DNA of 64,000 bases from Hydrolagus colliei (lineage: Eukaryota), in assembly GCA_035084275.1 (NCBI GenBank), contig CM068755.1, forward strand, positions 12,214,001 to 12,278,000. Reading direction: 5' to 3'. A program made the translations under genes and the position numbers. The notes below the pieces were generated by a model, which searched no databases, was not told the DNA's origin, and was given only the letters and a program-made list of their open reading frames with translations. Shown here one piece after another: positions 1-13,714 of this stretch (position 1 is the stretch's first letter; every line of letters starts with the position of its first letter).

Positions 1-890
1 ACCCGACTGACTTGCATTGAAAAAGGATGACAATATTATAGGCTGGTTTAGTCCATGTTAGTGAAATGAATCTGTTGGATCTTAAACAGTTGTCAATCAT
101 ACCTGCATCATTGCAAATATACATTTTTTTTCTCGCATAACACTAGAATTGGGTCTTTAGAACTTTTATATAATAAAATGCATTCTGGAGTTGACCATTT
201 CATGGGAAATACAGGAGCACTGCTCCCAATATTAAGCAATTTTTTGTTTTTTAAAAAAAATTAACCAATTCACAAAGTTTTACTGCATTCTTGGAACTCC
301 ATTAGAATTAAAAATATATGTTTTTTTAAATGGAATCTTATTTTCTTATTGATCATGGAGGAAGTTTCATATTAGAATGCAATATCTCTTATCAACTTGT
401 AATATGAAGAAATGGACTGAAAGTATTACCCACTCGTTCAGGTTGTGAGGCAGATAACGACTGTCAATGCAAGTTTTCATTGCAAAATAGGCTCCACAGC
501 TGGTGATTTAACTTTTCCCGTAGCTGAACTGGGATGAACATTTTTTTTCAGACAGCGCAAATTTGACTAAAATAGCAGATGGGAGATTAAACGCTTTATG
601 ACTGGTTTCATTGATCTAAGAGACTAATTGAACTCATCCCTAAGGTCTGGACAATGAAAGATTAGTGATTAGATTACCTCTATAAACGTGTAGTGATTTC
701 ATTACAATAGGATTGTTGTTTCAAACAAATTATATGTTTGCTGAATCGGGACATTCAATTGTTTTAAATTCAAGAACTGGGTTTCTTCACATGCTGAGTA
801 TATTTAGATCAGGTTCCATTTTCAAACGTTGGGGTGAGATTTGACCATGTGTTTTGGAGTAAGGTTTGACTGTAAAATGTCTTTTGGTGG

Positions 891-985
891 TAATAATAAC
901 AAACACTGCATTTGATATAACACATCTCATGTCAGGAGAATGTCTCAAAGCACTTCACAGTATATACTGTAAAGTGTACTGACTG
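891..985 (-). mobile_element. SINE 3' tail fragment (family of the 41279 element)
   Basis: taataataac..tgcatttgatata..gtctcaaagcacttcacag..tactgtaaagtg is the reverse complement of the tail at ~41525-41618. Confidence 0.8.
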
Positions 986-2829
986 TTCCTTTATACATTG
1001 ATCGTTCTGTGGGTTGTGTGTTCAATAGACAACAGGTGTTTTCTGTTTCAACAAACTTGGGAGTTGAAATACAATGTTTCATAACTGATTCAATGTGATA
1101 ATTACCATATCGAATCTGAAATGGAATCTATATTTTCCACTTTTTTATGTGAAAATGGAATCTTAGTTTGAGGAGGAGGTGGTTAGAACAGGTCTGAAGT
1201 CAAACCTGAGGGAAGAGCAATGCCTAATGTGGACATGAACTTGGTACTGGTAGTCTGTAGTTTATTGTACAGATTATTTTGACTATGAAGATAATTTAAA
1301 CCTGCTGCTTTGCTCCTTCAGCACCAAATATATCCTAAAATATCAAAAGGAGATGGTTGGGGGAAGGCATTTATAGCAACTTAAAAAGAACCATGCATTT
1401 GTTCTCTATATTAAAAAAAATTGCTCACATTCATAATAATGATCAAATGTATGATTAGGATAAACTAATATACTAAGACAGGCATCATTACTAGTACAGT
1501 ATACTAGCAGATTTGGGAGGCCTCATTGTAAAGCCCCTTATTAGGAGAATGCAGAGAGTAAAACTTCTAATATCAATTAGTTTAAACAAACTGCATTCTA
1601 CAGCAATGGATATAGAGTGCTATAAATGTTACATTAAAACTGTTATGTGGTTTCATAAATAATATCCCTTTCTTGTTCGTTTTCTAAGTTCTTTCCCACC
1701 CACAGCATATATCATGCCTAGCTAAAAAGGATAGTGTTGACATTGGACTGGTAAATAGCTTGACACTCTCTTTGATTTTGTTTTAATCCTCTAAAGAGAA
1801 ATGATTCTGCCAGTTCCTGAAATCAGGAACTCGCCATGTGGCAAATTGCAGGGGTCAATCCAGATCCTGCTGTTCTTTGGTAAAATGCCTTCATGAACTG
1901 ATGTGCTAGGCCACCCATGAATATTACTGTGTATGCAACAGCTATAAAATGTAAAATGAGATGAGATTTGAGGTAGCAAAGCTAATACCTCTAGGGATCT
2001 TTCACAGGAACAATGCATTTCCAGTAACGTAGGCCGAGTGGTTGAATTCTTGTCTTATGTATGTGCAACCTGGGATTCCAGTAATGTTATCTTTATGAAT
2101 CCAAAGTGCTTTGTATAGCAACCACTTTCATGGAAATTAGGAAAATCCTCATGTCTGCTGCTCTATCTGCTTTTCCTATGCAAATACATTACTTTCTGAT
2201 GTGTATTCATCCTGGGGATTGACTACTTTTATCAAAACAACTAAATGATCAAGATATCTAAAGCACTGATGCAGACAGTAAGCATTTTGGTATTTTCCCC
2301 CCAAAATGGCAAGTTTCACAAATCGTTAAAAGTTGGATTTTGCCACAGCAATTTTCTTTCAATGTTAATGAAGGATTAGTATTAAAAAAAACATTTCCCC
2401 TTAGTTATGAGTACATAATTTTCTCTGTAGCTGACGCCCTCCCCTTATTACTTCACTGGCAAGCTGGAAGAGTGTATGGACTTCACTTCAGCTTTCTGTG
2501 TGTCTGCTGTCATTGATGCTCTGTGAATGACAGGAAATGCATTTCGGCAGTTTAGGACGAGTCCTGCTAGTTCTACTTTCTGACATGGAGTACTTCAAAT
2601 CCACTCACTGAAGGGTTTGAGATTAAATATCTGTCAGAGTCAAAAATTGTTGCATGGTAAGACGCACCTTACTTACACAGCTATTAGCTGACCTCCTGAA
2701 TTATCCAAGTGGAGGGGCACTAACAGGGGCATCTGAAGAAGCTGTGCCCCAAGGTTCATGCCCCTTCACTCAGAATTCTAGATTTGCTTCCCCTGTTCTA
2801 CATATCTCCTTGAACCTCTCTGCGTTTCG

Positions 2830-2931
2830 ATTTATCCACAAAATAGTCAATTCATTTTATGTATATCCTGTAAGCGCTATGAGACGCATTAATGACGTGA
2901 TAAGGCGCGATATCAAAATGCAAGGATTATT
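2830..2931 (+). mobile_element. SINE 3' tail fragment
   Basis: cacaaaatagtcaattcatttt..gtaagcgctatgagacg..gtgataaggcgcgatatcaaaatgcaaggattatt. Confidence 0.82.
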
Positions 2932-3299
2932 TTGATTTAACAAAAAGAGGAGAATTTATAATGTGTTAAGATATTCTGTATCCCAAGGAACTAATGGTTT
3001 CTGTGGGTGGAAGAGTATCGATTCACCCTAAAGAATTAAATTGGAATCCAGTACCCGGAAGGCTAAATAAGAAAATGCTCAAATATGTTTTGTTTGTTTA
3101 AAGAATACAAGTTTAATATTAAACATGAAAGGTGCTATGCAAGTGTGAATTTGCATTATAATGTAATTCAGTGTACAGCGAGTCATGGTACTTAAACCTT
3201 GTGATATTTTTGCTGGGTGAATCACTATCATGTAAATCTGTGGTCTGGGAAAGTGCAAGTGGTCATGAATTGTCTCTCCAGCTTGGATATCAAACAAGA

Positions 3300-3830
3300 C
3301 CATCACGTCTCAAATCTGACAATGAATTTGGGGACAGAGAACCTTGCGTGTCTTTCTTGGCACAGTATCCCAAGGGTACATTTGTAGACTATTGGATTGA
3401 CAGGATGCACAAAGAGAAGTGGCTGCTCCTCTGGTTTCCATGGAATGCATCCAACTGAGTCAAGCTGCCAGTGATGTTCATCTATATATAATCTGATAGC
3501 AGCGGAGGCAAAGCTGTTCAATCAGGATTTAAGATTCTGTTGTAAGACTCAAACAATTGAAACTTGTGGAGTGAGGCACGACTCGTTGATTTTGCTTCGT
3601 GTTGAGGTCTGGTAAAATGGGGCTTGGGTTCCGTATATTCTGAGGATTTCGACTGAATGAGAAACCTACATCTGTTTGAATAATTTTTAGTGGATACCAT
3701 TCATGAGCTAAGATGTGTGAAGCCATTTTAATGTTCTTTACTGCTGTACCGAATTGCTTCGCGTGACTTTTGAGCTGTTTCCTTCTGTCAGCCTGGTATG
3801 CATCAATCACATTGAGAGTCGGGCCATCTC
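3300..3830 (-). mobile_element. Possible heavily decayed Penelope-like ORF relic (end of RT plus GIY-YIG region)
   Basis: The minus strand reads ..AHEWYPLKII.. (cf. NGYP...I), then ..IVYKCT.. and ..VPKFI.., in the order expected for Penelope ORFs. Broken reading frames; weak similarity. Confidence 0.25.
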
Positions 3831-4269
3831 ATCATTTCTCTGGCTCTCTGCTGCGGATCTGTTGAAGGATTCACTCATATGTTCTGTTTGAAGTGTTTAG
3901 TTTTCACCTGAGACCCAGACTGGAATGTTAGTGTACTTAGGGCCCAGTATTTGTTCATTCTTCAACTCAATGTTTTTTCCAGGGTTGAATGTTTCTCAGT
4001 ATTCACTAAGAAGATGGGATGATTCCTTCGGTCGTTAATGATTGTTTTGGGAACTTTCTTTTCTTAAAATTGGCTACTGCATTTGTCTTCTAAATGCACA
4101 ATAATTGCACTTTACAGTAAGTCCAGTGAAGGGTCTTTTGAGAAGTCCTCCTCACATCAACAAATCAACTACAGGTGACTATTTGCTAAAAACGTGGGTA
4201 AAACTGATGAAGCCCAATAATTCAGAAATGAAGTGATAAATTGTCAAAAGAACTAGAATGCTATCTAAA

Positions 4270-4440
4270 ATAATAATCTTTGTATTTGATGTAGCACCTT
4301 ATCACGTCTTTGAGATGTTTCAAAGCGCTTCATGCATTATGCTGTAAAGTGAATTGACTATATATTCTGTGGGCGACGCATGGCAGCTAATTGTAAGCAA
4401 CAGTGCCCACAAACAGTGGTGGATTAAATAACCAAACTAT
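4270..4440 (-). mobile_element. SINE 3' half
   Basis: Tail plus gcagctaattgtaagcaacagtgcccacaaacag, the reverse complement of ~41445-41618. Confidence 0.85.
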
Positions 4441-4753
4441 TTTTATTATATATGTATTTGCTTTTTTAAAGCTACTATTACCCACAGAAAAGCGATCTGC
4501 CAATCGACTACCTGTGTCTTGAGAACATGCCATTAACCATCCTTATGAATGATTAGTGGCCAATGGTGAGAACAGCAGCAATAATCCTATCCTCACACAT
4601 TTCAAAGAGCTTAAATGGTATTTAAAAAATCTTGCTGTGGCCTAATACAATTGCAGAGTGCGGATTATCCGAGGCTAAATGTTGCATTAAGGGCAAAGAC
4701 AGATTTACCGCAGGGAGGTGGCGCCATAGGTCCCTCTGATTAAAACAAAATAT

Positions 4754-5209
4754 TAATAGTAATAAATAATAACCCTTGCTATTGTTATAGCACTGTTCAC
4801 ACTGGGAAGACATTTCAAAGCACTCACAGGATTTTTTAAAATGTAAAGTGCAATGACTATGTATTTTGTAGGCCGAACATGACAGCCAATTTGTGCGTAG
4901 CAATGTCCAACAAACAGCCATGAAGTGAATAACCAATGTTATCTGGAAGATTGTTGGCCAGGACACTGGGAAGAAATTCCCTTATTTTTCCAAGTAGTTC
5001 CATGGGTCCTGTAATGCCTACGTGAACAGGCAAACTGGGTCTTGAACAGGCAAACATCTCATTTGAAGGCCGGCACCTCCAGTAGAGCAGACCTCCCCAC
5101 AACATCTCACTAAAGTATCAGCATTTACTAATTGAGTTCAAAATCCCAATGTGGGGCTTGAACCTATATGTTCTCAGAGGTTAGAGGGCTATTGAGTAAA
5201 CCGGACTGA
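4754..5209 (-). mobile_element. Near full-length old Deu-domain tRNA SINE (SacSINE1/AmnSINE1-like)
   Basis: Minus-strand B box GGTTCAAGCCCC (~5153-5164), Deu-type core (tggaggtgcc..aaatgagatg; ccatggaacta; agtgtcctggccaac) and L2-like tail with (TTA)n. Confidence 0.8.
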
Positions 5210-7110
5210 AGCATATAATATGGATCTTATCCTCTCTACTCTTTACAATGCATTCCAGAGGGTGATCCCAGCATAAGCCTTGAGAAGAGTAAAACACGGA
5301 GTGAGGGGAAATGTCTCCGGGTACTTTGATCCTGTGGAAAAGCAATTCTGATGGGATTGTATGGTGTAGAATTGTGGAGAATGTAATAGAGTCCTACAGG
5401 TTGGAGCTGGATCAGGGGGTAGTGGAAACACTTCCTCTCTTGCGGAATGTGGAACTTATTGACAAGCTGCTTCAGGATCAAGATATAATCCTTTAATTCA
5501 GACTCTTAAGCTGAGAACGCCTCCCGGTGATTCACACTTCAACCTTTTTGTCTTCTGACCACATTTCATGAATTTACTTGTCACTGGTGAATTCTAGATT
5601 TCACCCGCTCTTTTCTGCCGATGTGTTATCAGGACAGCTTCTTTATTTCAAGAGAGATGCACTGCTAATGTTAGGGGAGGGAAGAGCTGAAAAGTGTGTT
5701 TGCTTTGGTTTCCACCCAGATTTATACTATAGTTATGTCACCAAATCACTGTCCAAATTACACTAATTTGTTGCCAAACATGCAATGTAAGCACAGCTTT
5801 AGTCTCTAAAAATATAACCTATGGTTATTTGATGTGGGTCTTCTTACACAGTATCTGTCCCTACTTTTACCTATTTGTTTTAAATTAATTAGATTTTCTA
5901 ACTTTATATCTGCAGGTGCTCCATCAATGAGAAACCATTTGGATTTGATTCAATCAGTACTGTTCTGTTAAATTATTCTCCGGGTAGAAAGTTATTGGGG
6001 GTTTTTTACACTTGGTTTTAAAGTGAATGTTTTGGGGGAGCTTAAAGTGAGATTGTTGCACTTAATTTTTTAAAATATACTGAGCCTTTAGCCAGAATAT
6101 ATGGGTTATGTACTGCTATAAACAAGGTATTACTTACATCTCCTCTTAGCTGTGTGCGTGACTCTTGGAAGAGATCATAAAATAATTACTGATATGTGTT
6201 TCGAGGCTGTGGTCCACACGAGAAGACAAGTTTGAAAATGGAGAAATAATGCTATTACCAGATGTGTGTTTAAATCTGTTAGTATTTCATTTTTATTGGA
6301 AAATGAAATGTGAAACCTCATTTTACAATCCTGTTCCTGCTGTGACGTAGAACACTTACAGATTGATGCAGGGCAAGGAGAACAGAGGCATTGGATTGAA
6401 TTAGTGTAACCGTGTGCTTCTGTCCGTTTTGTTCTTGCAAGCTTAGGGAGAAAGTCAGATTGTTTTGAACTCTGTGTCACCTTGAGGATGGGAGTGAACG
6501 CTGTCGTATTTCAACAGTGTAAGATGTACTGAAAAGCACCCTCACTTTTCATTAATGCAACCACAGAAAAGCTGAAATAATCTTTTATATGCATCACAGC
6601 AATGAATTCCACTTTGATACCTTCTGCCTAACCTTTCTTCTAACAGTGCATTTCAAGATGGGGGCATTCACTTTGGAAATTTGCCTTTAGTAGTGCGCTC
6701 TTGTTTTGATGCTTTGCTGCTCATCGAGGAGAGCTGTGTGGTCTTTGTTTGCATCACCAGTCCACATTGATTGGATAACTGTGTTATTAGCTGGTTAAAC
6801 TCCAGTGGTACCCAATGCACACTCTGTGGCTCCTGCCCAGCCAGTGCCTGATACATTTCTGGAAGTAGGTAAGCGGGGTGCATCCCTCCAGGGAGACAGT
6901 GCGCATTCCATTCCAAACATGGGAATTTCCATGTGTCAGTGGCGTTCATGAAACAATGTCTGATTTCAATTATTTTCTGCTTGATGATGGCTTTCTGTAT
7001 GTGTCAAGACACACGGTTGACCAAAACAAAATTCTTATTTCTTCCAGATGTTCAGAAAAGCATTTTGTTTTATTGTTTTTCTTCAGATATTCTTTCAGGA
7101 GCATAACAGT

Positions 7111-7132
7111 TTCTCTCTCTCTCTCTCTCTCT
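7111..7132 (+). repeat. (TC)n microsatellite serving as the polypyrimidine tract of the 7139 exon
   Basis: ttctctctctctctctctctcttcgcAG read directly. Confidence 0.9.
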
Positions 7133-7138
7133 TCGCAG

Positions 7139-7258
7139 TTGTATATGACTATCGTCTGGACCTTAGAGATCTACATGCTGCCATTTGCACTATTGATGCT
7201 TTTTGCTTGGAACTACATTCAGTTAGCTCGAGGGAAGATTGTCAGCAATCAGTACATG
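7139..7258 (+). CDS. MCTP2: MCTP2 internal coding exon (120 nt, phase 0/0), LYMTIVWTLEIYMLPFALLMLFAWNYIQLARGKIVSNQYM; first hydrophobic membrane segment
   Basis: (TC)n tract + cgcAG acceptor and ATG|gtgagt donor. The peptide resembles recalled human MCTP2 [36 protein letters not shown]. Earlier exons are not seen in the window. Confidence 0.93.
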
Positions 7259-7374
7259 GTGAGTTTTTGCTAAGAATGTCTAATACTATGGGTGGAATGT
7301 GTGTCTCCACTGTGGGAGTATTCCGGCTATTTAATACACTGGCCTTTTGAAGAGAGGGAGAATAGAAAGGTGTC

Positions 7375-7600
7375 ATCTTGGCTTAATTGGTCGCGCACTC
7401 GGCTCTGAGTAAGAATAACAACAAATCACATTTATATTGTGCCTTTTGCTTTGGAAGGCCAAGTATAAAGGTTGTGGCTTCAAGCCCCACATCCGGACTT
7501 TGAACTCACAGTGCAGGTTGGCACTGCAGTATAGTGCTAAAGGTGTGCTAAATGCTGGAGGTGCCATCCTTTAGATGAGACATTAAACCAACATCCTGTT
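7375..7600 (+). mobile_element. 5' half of an old Deu-domain SINE
   Basis: A-box-like tggcttaattgg, B-box-like gcttcaagcccc, then tgctggaggtgccatcctttagatgagacattaaacc. Confidence 0.7.
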
Positions 7601-7648
7601 AATTTTCTTTCCATGAAGCATTAGCCTGCTACAAGATCATGAAATGAT

Positions 7649-7714
7649 CCAGCGCCTTGGGACATCCTCTCGACATGAAAGGTGCTCTACAAATATAATT
7701 TTGTGGTTGTTGTT
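7649..7714 (+). mobile_element. L2 LINE extreme 3' tail
   Basis: cagcgccttgggacatcctctcgacatgaaaggtgct..(ttg)n; same tail as at 36900, 39555 and 42721. Confidence 0.8.
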
Positions 7715-8345
7715 CATCACTTGAATGCAACATCAGTGGAACAAAAGTTATTCTGTTCCTTTGTCTTTTATTCTAATTATTAATAATACTTTGGCAAAGG
7801 GTGTTTCATATCAGGTTGACATCCGTCAGTACAGGGTTTGTGGGAAACAGTTGCATCAGTGGGCTATACAGTTCAAAACACATTGAGCAATAAATTTATC
7901 AAAATACTTGTTCATTAACTGTCCCTTTCAAGTGCTTTCTGCAGTGTGGCTTCTGGAATCGTATCTTCCTCCACTTAATAGTTTCAGTGCTTATGCAGAA
8001 TAAAGTCAGGGCCCTGCAGTGAAGAACGGAGCTAAACAATGTGCAAAAAGTTCTCCACTTTAGCCATAGGCTTCAATACAGAGTTAGACTCGAATGTTAT
8101 CTATTTCTAAATATCAGCCTGGAGTGAAGCCATCACTCCTCTATTACCTGTACTTTATTTCAGGTTAACAGGATACAAACAGTGTAGTGATGCACTGGCA
8201 ACACAATGCTATCCATCCTGTATGCCCCAGAGACTGGAATCTATGGCTCCACACAGGCAGCAGTAGTAACAGTGCAGACTTTAGCTCTTCATCTCATCAG
8301 GATTAGTAGGATCTATAACTGGCTATCTTCAGAGATGCACGTGTT

Positions 8346-8526
8346 TACAGATCTTTGAAATTTAGACAGTTGTTGATCGGATAAACAATTCAAATGATGA
8401 AAAGCAATCAGATTAATAAGTTTCATTCATTGATACAGAGTTTTTAAATTTAGACAGTTGTTGATCAGTTAAACAATTCAAATGATGGAAAGCAATCAGA
8501 TTAATAGATTTCATTCATTGATTCAG
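8346..8526. repeat. Tandem duplication, 88-bp unit x2
   Basis: aaatttagacagttgttgatc..aaacaattcaaatgatg..aagcaatcagattaata..tttcattcattgat starts at both 8358 and 8446. Confidence 0.95.
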
Positions 8527-9260
8527 TTGAAGTAATTGGTATCTGCGTTCAGAGTTAAGAGCCCAGTCATGCAAAAGCTGTCAAAATTCTGGTTGAGAAT
8601 TAATTAAATGATGCTTTCTCTCGCCATAATTAATATATGAGAGGATAAGAAATAAGGAAGACTAAGGATTTCCTATTATACTCGGTCCCTGGCCTACATA
8701 ATGTGATACTCTCATTCACAATAACTTTGAGTACCACAAACATAACTTGTTTCATGGCATGAGAATTCATTCTGAACACAAAGCAGCTTGACATTATTGA
8801 TCATTGATTTGCTAAAGATTCCACACTCATTTTCCTTGTTTCCTTCCTTCTTGACAAAGTCTGCCTCGAGACTTGACTTTCTTGACCATTGTTTTTCTTT
8901 CCCCTTTCCCATCTTTCTTTCCCCCACACTCCCACCCACCCCACCCTTTTTTTTGTTTTTTTTAAAAAAGTTTGAACGATTCTCCCCATTTGAAATGTGC
9001 AGTATAAATGTGAATTGTATTATGTAACTGTTGGAGGGGGAAAAAAATCCATATGATGAGATGTAATGTATGTTTTAGTGCAAAATACTGCCAGTGATAA
9101 GTTGCTCTATTGCCAAGCCTGCTAATTCTCATTTCAGTCCTATGGAAAGCAATAGCAAAGTATTCCAGTCACAGTACAGAAAGAAAGAAGGGTGGGAGTG
9201 GGGAGGGCAGAGAGAAACCTGATGCTGACCTGATTCTTTTCTTTCTATTTGATTTTTCAG

Positions 9261-9308
9261 GAGGATGAAGAAGCTGATATAGACGATGATGAAGATGAAG
9301 ATGAAAAG
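9261..9308 (+). CDS. MCTP2: MCTP2 short acidic exon (48 nt), EDEEADIDDDEDEDEK
   Basis: ttctttctttctatttgatttttcAG acceptor and AAG|gtaatg donor. In frame with both neighbours; matches the MCTP2 DIDDEEDEDDK linker. Confidence 0.92.
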
Positions 9309-12300
9309 GTAATGGGTGACAAATCTCATTATTTCTAGAAACAAAATGCACCTTTCATTTGCGGATGAAACGTTTCAAGGTTCAATCTTTCTTTTCTTGT
9401 TTTAGATGAGATGACGCTCTCACAATGCTTTTTACTGTGATCCTCCCTATTTTCTCTGTCCTACACACTTATATTAAATTTTGTAGCAATGAAGATATCG
9501 GCAGTTTATAACCTTGGCTGAAATACATTGAAATAAAGTTGACTGATATATTCATAGAATCTTTCTGCGCTGCTGATTATTAAGTGTCATACATGAACCA
9601 AATCTGCATTCTAAAGCCAAACCAGACTAAATGGTTTGTTTTTTTTGGGGGGCAGATATCCTTCATTTTGATTTATACTACAGTCTGAAGGTGCTGGCAA
9701 TGCCTTTGAATCTGTACCAAGCATCCACCGAAGCTCTGTGTTGTGAGCTCTGATAAAGGGGGTGCCTCTTGTGCTGCATATCATGTCCTTCATAAAATGT
9801 ACATTGTGTGCTTTTCAAACCTGTGCTCACTTTGTTGACGTATTGCTTGTCCATTCACTTTTCTTTTGTTTAAAACAAAAGACCAATTCTAAAAAAAATT
9901 AAATGATCGAGGAAACCAATCTGTAGTATATCTTCCTTCTTGATCATCAATACCGAGAGTTGCTAAGTGTCAACAATTTAAATCTTCTTTGGGAAAATGG
10001 AGTGAGACTTTAGTTGAGCTTTGGTCGAAGATATTATTTGCAAACTGAAGCAGTGAAATAACCTTGGAAGCATTTACATACAATGTAGCATGGAAGTGCA
10101 GGTAATGGCTATGTTTCTCTCTCCTCCTTGTCCAACTTCACTCATGGAGCTGGCTTCAGAGCTCCATCTCCTTCCTTTGCCAATTCCTTGTTCAGAAATT
10201 CCTCTGTCCAATCAAGCTGCTAAACCTTCGGCTTAATTACAAGACCACAAGATTGGTTTGGATGAAGAAGACTCAATTGATCTCATCCCTCTGCCCCACC
10301 ATCTTCCTGTGGATATCTCTCAGATGGCAACAGCTTTTAGCTCAAGAGCAACACAAGTAGTGAAGGAGAAGAAAATGTGATTCAAAAATCTGGTACAGAA
10401 ATTTGTTGTCCTGAAAGATCAAAAAATCGTGCTCTTTAAGGTTCAGAAGGTTTTTGTGAGAGTAGGAACTAGCAAAGGCAATGAGGCATCCACAACATAG
10501 ATAAGGAATTTTGTCAGCAAGGAGTTGGGTTGACATGCAGACAACTTGCAAACGGCTTCAATCCATAAAAAGATCATGCTAATTTTCTCACAAAACATTT
10601 CTAACTCTCGTTTCATTAAACTCTTAATTTTAAGCGGGTGTCAGAAACTCTTTATGGAAATTACGCAACTGGTATAACAATATGGGTTAATGAATAAGTG
10701 AGAGCTGATAAATCCAAAGGCAAAACAACTCAATGATTAGAAAAAGCAATTACAGCACTTTGAAAATAAGTTTAAATTGGCAGCTACTGTAGTATAGCTA
10801 ATTCTGTGTTTGAAATGGGTGGTTTCACCGAAGAGGTTAGTAATTTGTTAGTTTGTGTGGCAGATCAGGAGTGTAGTACAGTATTGTCAAAGCCAATATA
10901 AACTCGAAACATACTACATGGAATGATGTCACATTTGAATACAAAACATATCTGAATGAAGAATACTCAGTGAGCGATTCAAAATATGTTAGCATTGTAC
11001 TCTCTGACACAGCACAGGAGGTTAACAACCCTTTTGGTTTTCCCAACAGAAGAATTGTCTTATATTCAATGTAAAGATAGAGTCCTTCTGGCATATGGTG
11101 TGCATAGCAGATGTAATTTCTGGCTTTTTAATCAGTCCTTGGGGGGAAGAACTGTTTACAATTTATAAACACACTTGTTTAAATACAAAAAACAAAAGGT
11201 CAGTACAAATCCCATTTGCTAAAACTGGGCATCTAAAATGACACACAATATTTAATTACCAAGATTCCAAAACACTGCCTCTGCAGACTGCGAAAGATAA
11301 AAATGCATTTATTCCCACTGGCAACCTTGTCGATACATATTTTTCTCATAGAATTTCTTCATATTTTGTTTAAAGAAAGTCGGGCTTTAGTCACGGAGCT
11401 GCTTTCTGTCAGCTTTGAACTGTCAGGGCCAGCATTTCTGTTGAATTAGATCACCGAGGCATCTCGAGCCCAGAAACACTGAAATAACCAACATTCTCTT
11501 GTAACTTTGCCAAACCAATTCTACGCAACCTTTTCACTCCTTTAAAGCAGCACATTCAGAAATCTTCCCAGCTGTGTGCAAACAGAAATAGGAACTAGAG
11601 TTTGAAGGAAAACTTAATGTATGGAGAGCCTACTTACAAAGTCAGTCTACCAAATTAGGTAGCAAACCATTTGGAATCCCTAATGCAATCATTGAGAATT
11701 TAGTGACCACAGCAGTTTAGACAATGTTCACCTCTTCCTCTGCTTTGTATGCTCATTCTCTCTGGGTTTGTGTTCCATAGCCGACATTATCTCCGGACTA
11801 AATCTAGATGTCGAGGAGTCAGAAGATGATTGTTATTTATGTAGAGTTTGATCGGGTGGAGGAATGAAGTGAGACTCAAGTTTTCTGTGGGTTCAACTGG
11901 CATTGTAGCTTGGCTTTGGATGCCCTCTTGTAATTTGCTACATGATGTCCACATGGATTGCCTTGGCTTAGGGCTGCAGCTGAACCTCTGCTATGTTTCA
12001 CTGGCCTTGCTGACAATATTGCCAATCTGGCAAGGCCTTTCTAAAAGTAATAAATTCAGAAATATATGTGCTCGGATATGTAATTTTGTTTTATTGTTCT
12101 ATTTTCCAGGGTAATTATAGCTTTGTATGGTATTCAATAACTACTCTGCCACAATTCATATAAATCATGAAACCTTATTTGCCTCTACTCTGATTCCATT
12201 TCCATTCACCTTGCCCAGCATCCAGGATTCTGCTTCCTTTTTATAACCTGCACAATTTGTTCTCTGTGCTTATTGCCTGGAGTATGTGGCTACCAATGAC

Positions 12301-13714
12301 TGTTCCCTCCAGTGAGAGAAGGCAGGAGAATGCTATTAGGAAGCAGCACTTTGCATCGTCCACAGCATGAGTGAAAGCTTCTCTACTGGATCTAAAGCTA
12401 ATTGAGTCTTTTCACTCTTGGAAAGGAGCATGGATCCACAGAGAGTTTGTGTCACCACTGCTAAAGGCATAGGGGTCAACATTATGACTCTGGCTAAAAA
12501 AATAGTGATCTTTTCATTACTTTTCCCATAAACAGGTAAGGAAAAGATTGCAATTTTTTTTGCAGTCACCATATGACAGACCTCCAGGTTACTTTAAACA
12601 AAACATGACACTGCTAGTACCTGTGATATTGCTATGAACACTATGCAGCACTGCACTGGAAGAGAAGTACATTTCCTTTAATGTCCATGATGCTCACAGT
12701 ACTAGAAAGGAAATCCGAATCTGCATTATACGTGAAATTCACTAACATGCTGTACAACACTGTACTCTGAAGGAAATCATAGCTCAGCACAGTTTCTGTG
12801 AGAAAATTTGCTCATCACATTTCAAAGATTTTTTTTTACAGAGTAAATAAAACCATCTGCAGGTTTAAATGTTTAATTTGTTTTGTATACACAATTCAAA
12901 TGTGGAAAAATGCAATGCTTAGGAAATGTGGCTTTGATTCTGATTCCACCCCATGAATAATGCTGCTTGCTCTGTGAATCAGGGGACTTGGTTGGTTACT
13001 TACAACTTCACTTTCATTACAACATTTTATTTTTTTCCCTAAATTTTGTACAGTGTTTTTCTAATGAGGCTGTAGTGTATTGCTTAATGTTCCTGAGGAG
13101 AGAAGGGATATGTATAAAGGAGTGCTAACAACCAATTTAAAAAATCTGATCCTGATTGTGGCTATTAAGTCTGACCTAATTCATGCTGATATTCTTTATT
13201 AAAGTAGAATTAAGAGCTGATTCACAAAGGAAAATCATCACATCAAACCTGGCTTTCATTTTGTGTTCCTCCATTCACACAAATTTTAACCCCTGTCCTG
13301 GATCATGTTTTACTTTGGACTCATCCTAAAACGCACGCACACATGCACATATGGAATGGAGTGTGTGGGGATGTGGGGAAGAGATTTTCTGCTTGTCCTT
13401 TTGTAAGCATGTGCAGAAGATTGGAGAATCAGCCCAAGAGATGGAGATGGTTTAAATGCCCCCACGATACTTTTAGATCACGTAAGGATAGAATGCAGTT
13501 TTCAAAGTGTGTACCAGACTTTGTTCTCTGGGCCTCAGGAGACTATTTTATTACATAGGAAGGTAGAACATAGGAATGTAGAGACAGATAAGAAAAAAAA
13601 ATCACGTTCATATAACTGGCTCCGAAGATTTTTCTTTAAAAATACAAAATAAATATCATATGTTAATAATCTTACTCAACTGGAATCTACAGCTTCTCAA
13701 TTGAATGCTTCACC

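Noticed and set aside
4204-4230. CTGATGA..GAAA hammerhead-like spacing
   Set aside because: No helix II pairing between the motifs and no flanking stems.
5236-5496. Possible DIRS/LTR RT relic (ILKQLVNKF)
   Set aside because: A single weak motif with no other RT signatures.
5916-5983. Possible cryptic MCTP2 exon (ctgcAG..gGTagaa)
   Set aside because: Early stop in phase 0, weak donor and no MCTP similarity.
6878-7273. 131-aa ORF as a stand-alone gene or extended exon
   Set aside because: Only 7139-7258 is MCTP2-like. The upstream AGs (ending 7047, 7086, 7098) are out of frame, and the rest is intron read-through.
12085-12116. Recursive splice site (ttttccAG g GTaatt)
   Set aside because: AG and GT are separated by 1 nt, and the intron is only 12 kb.
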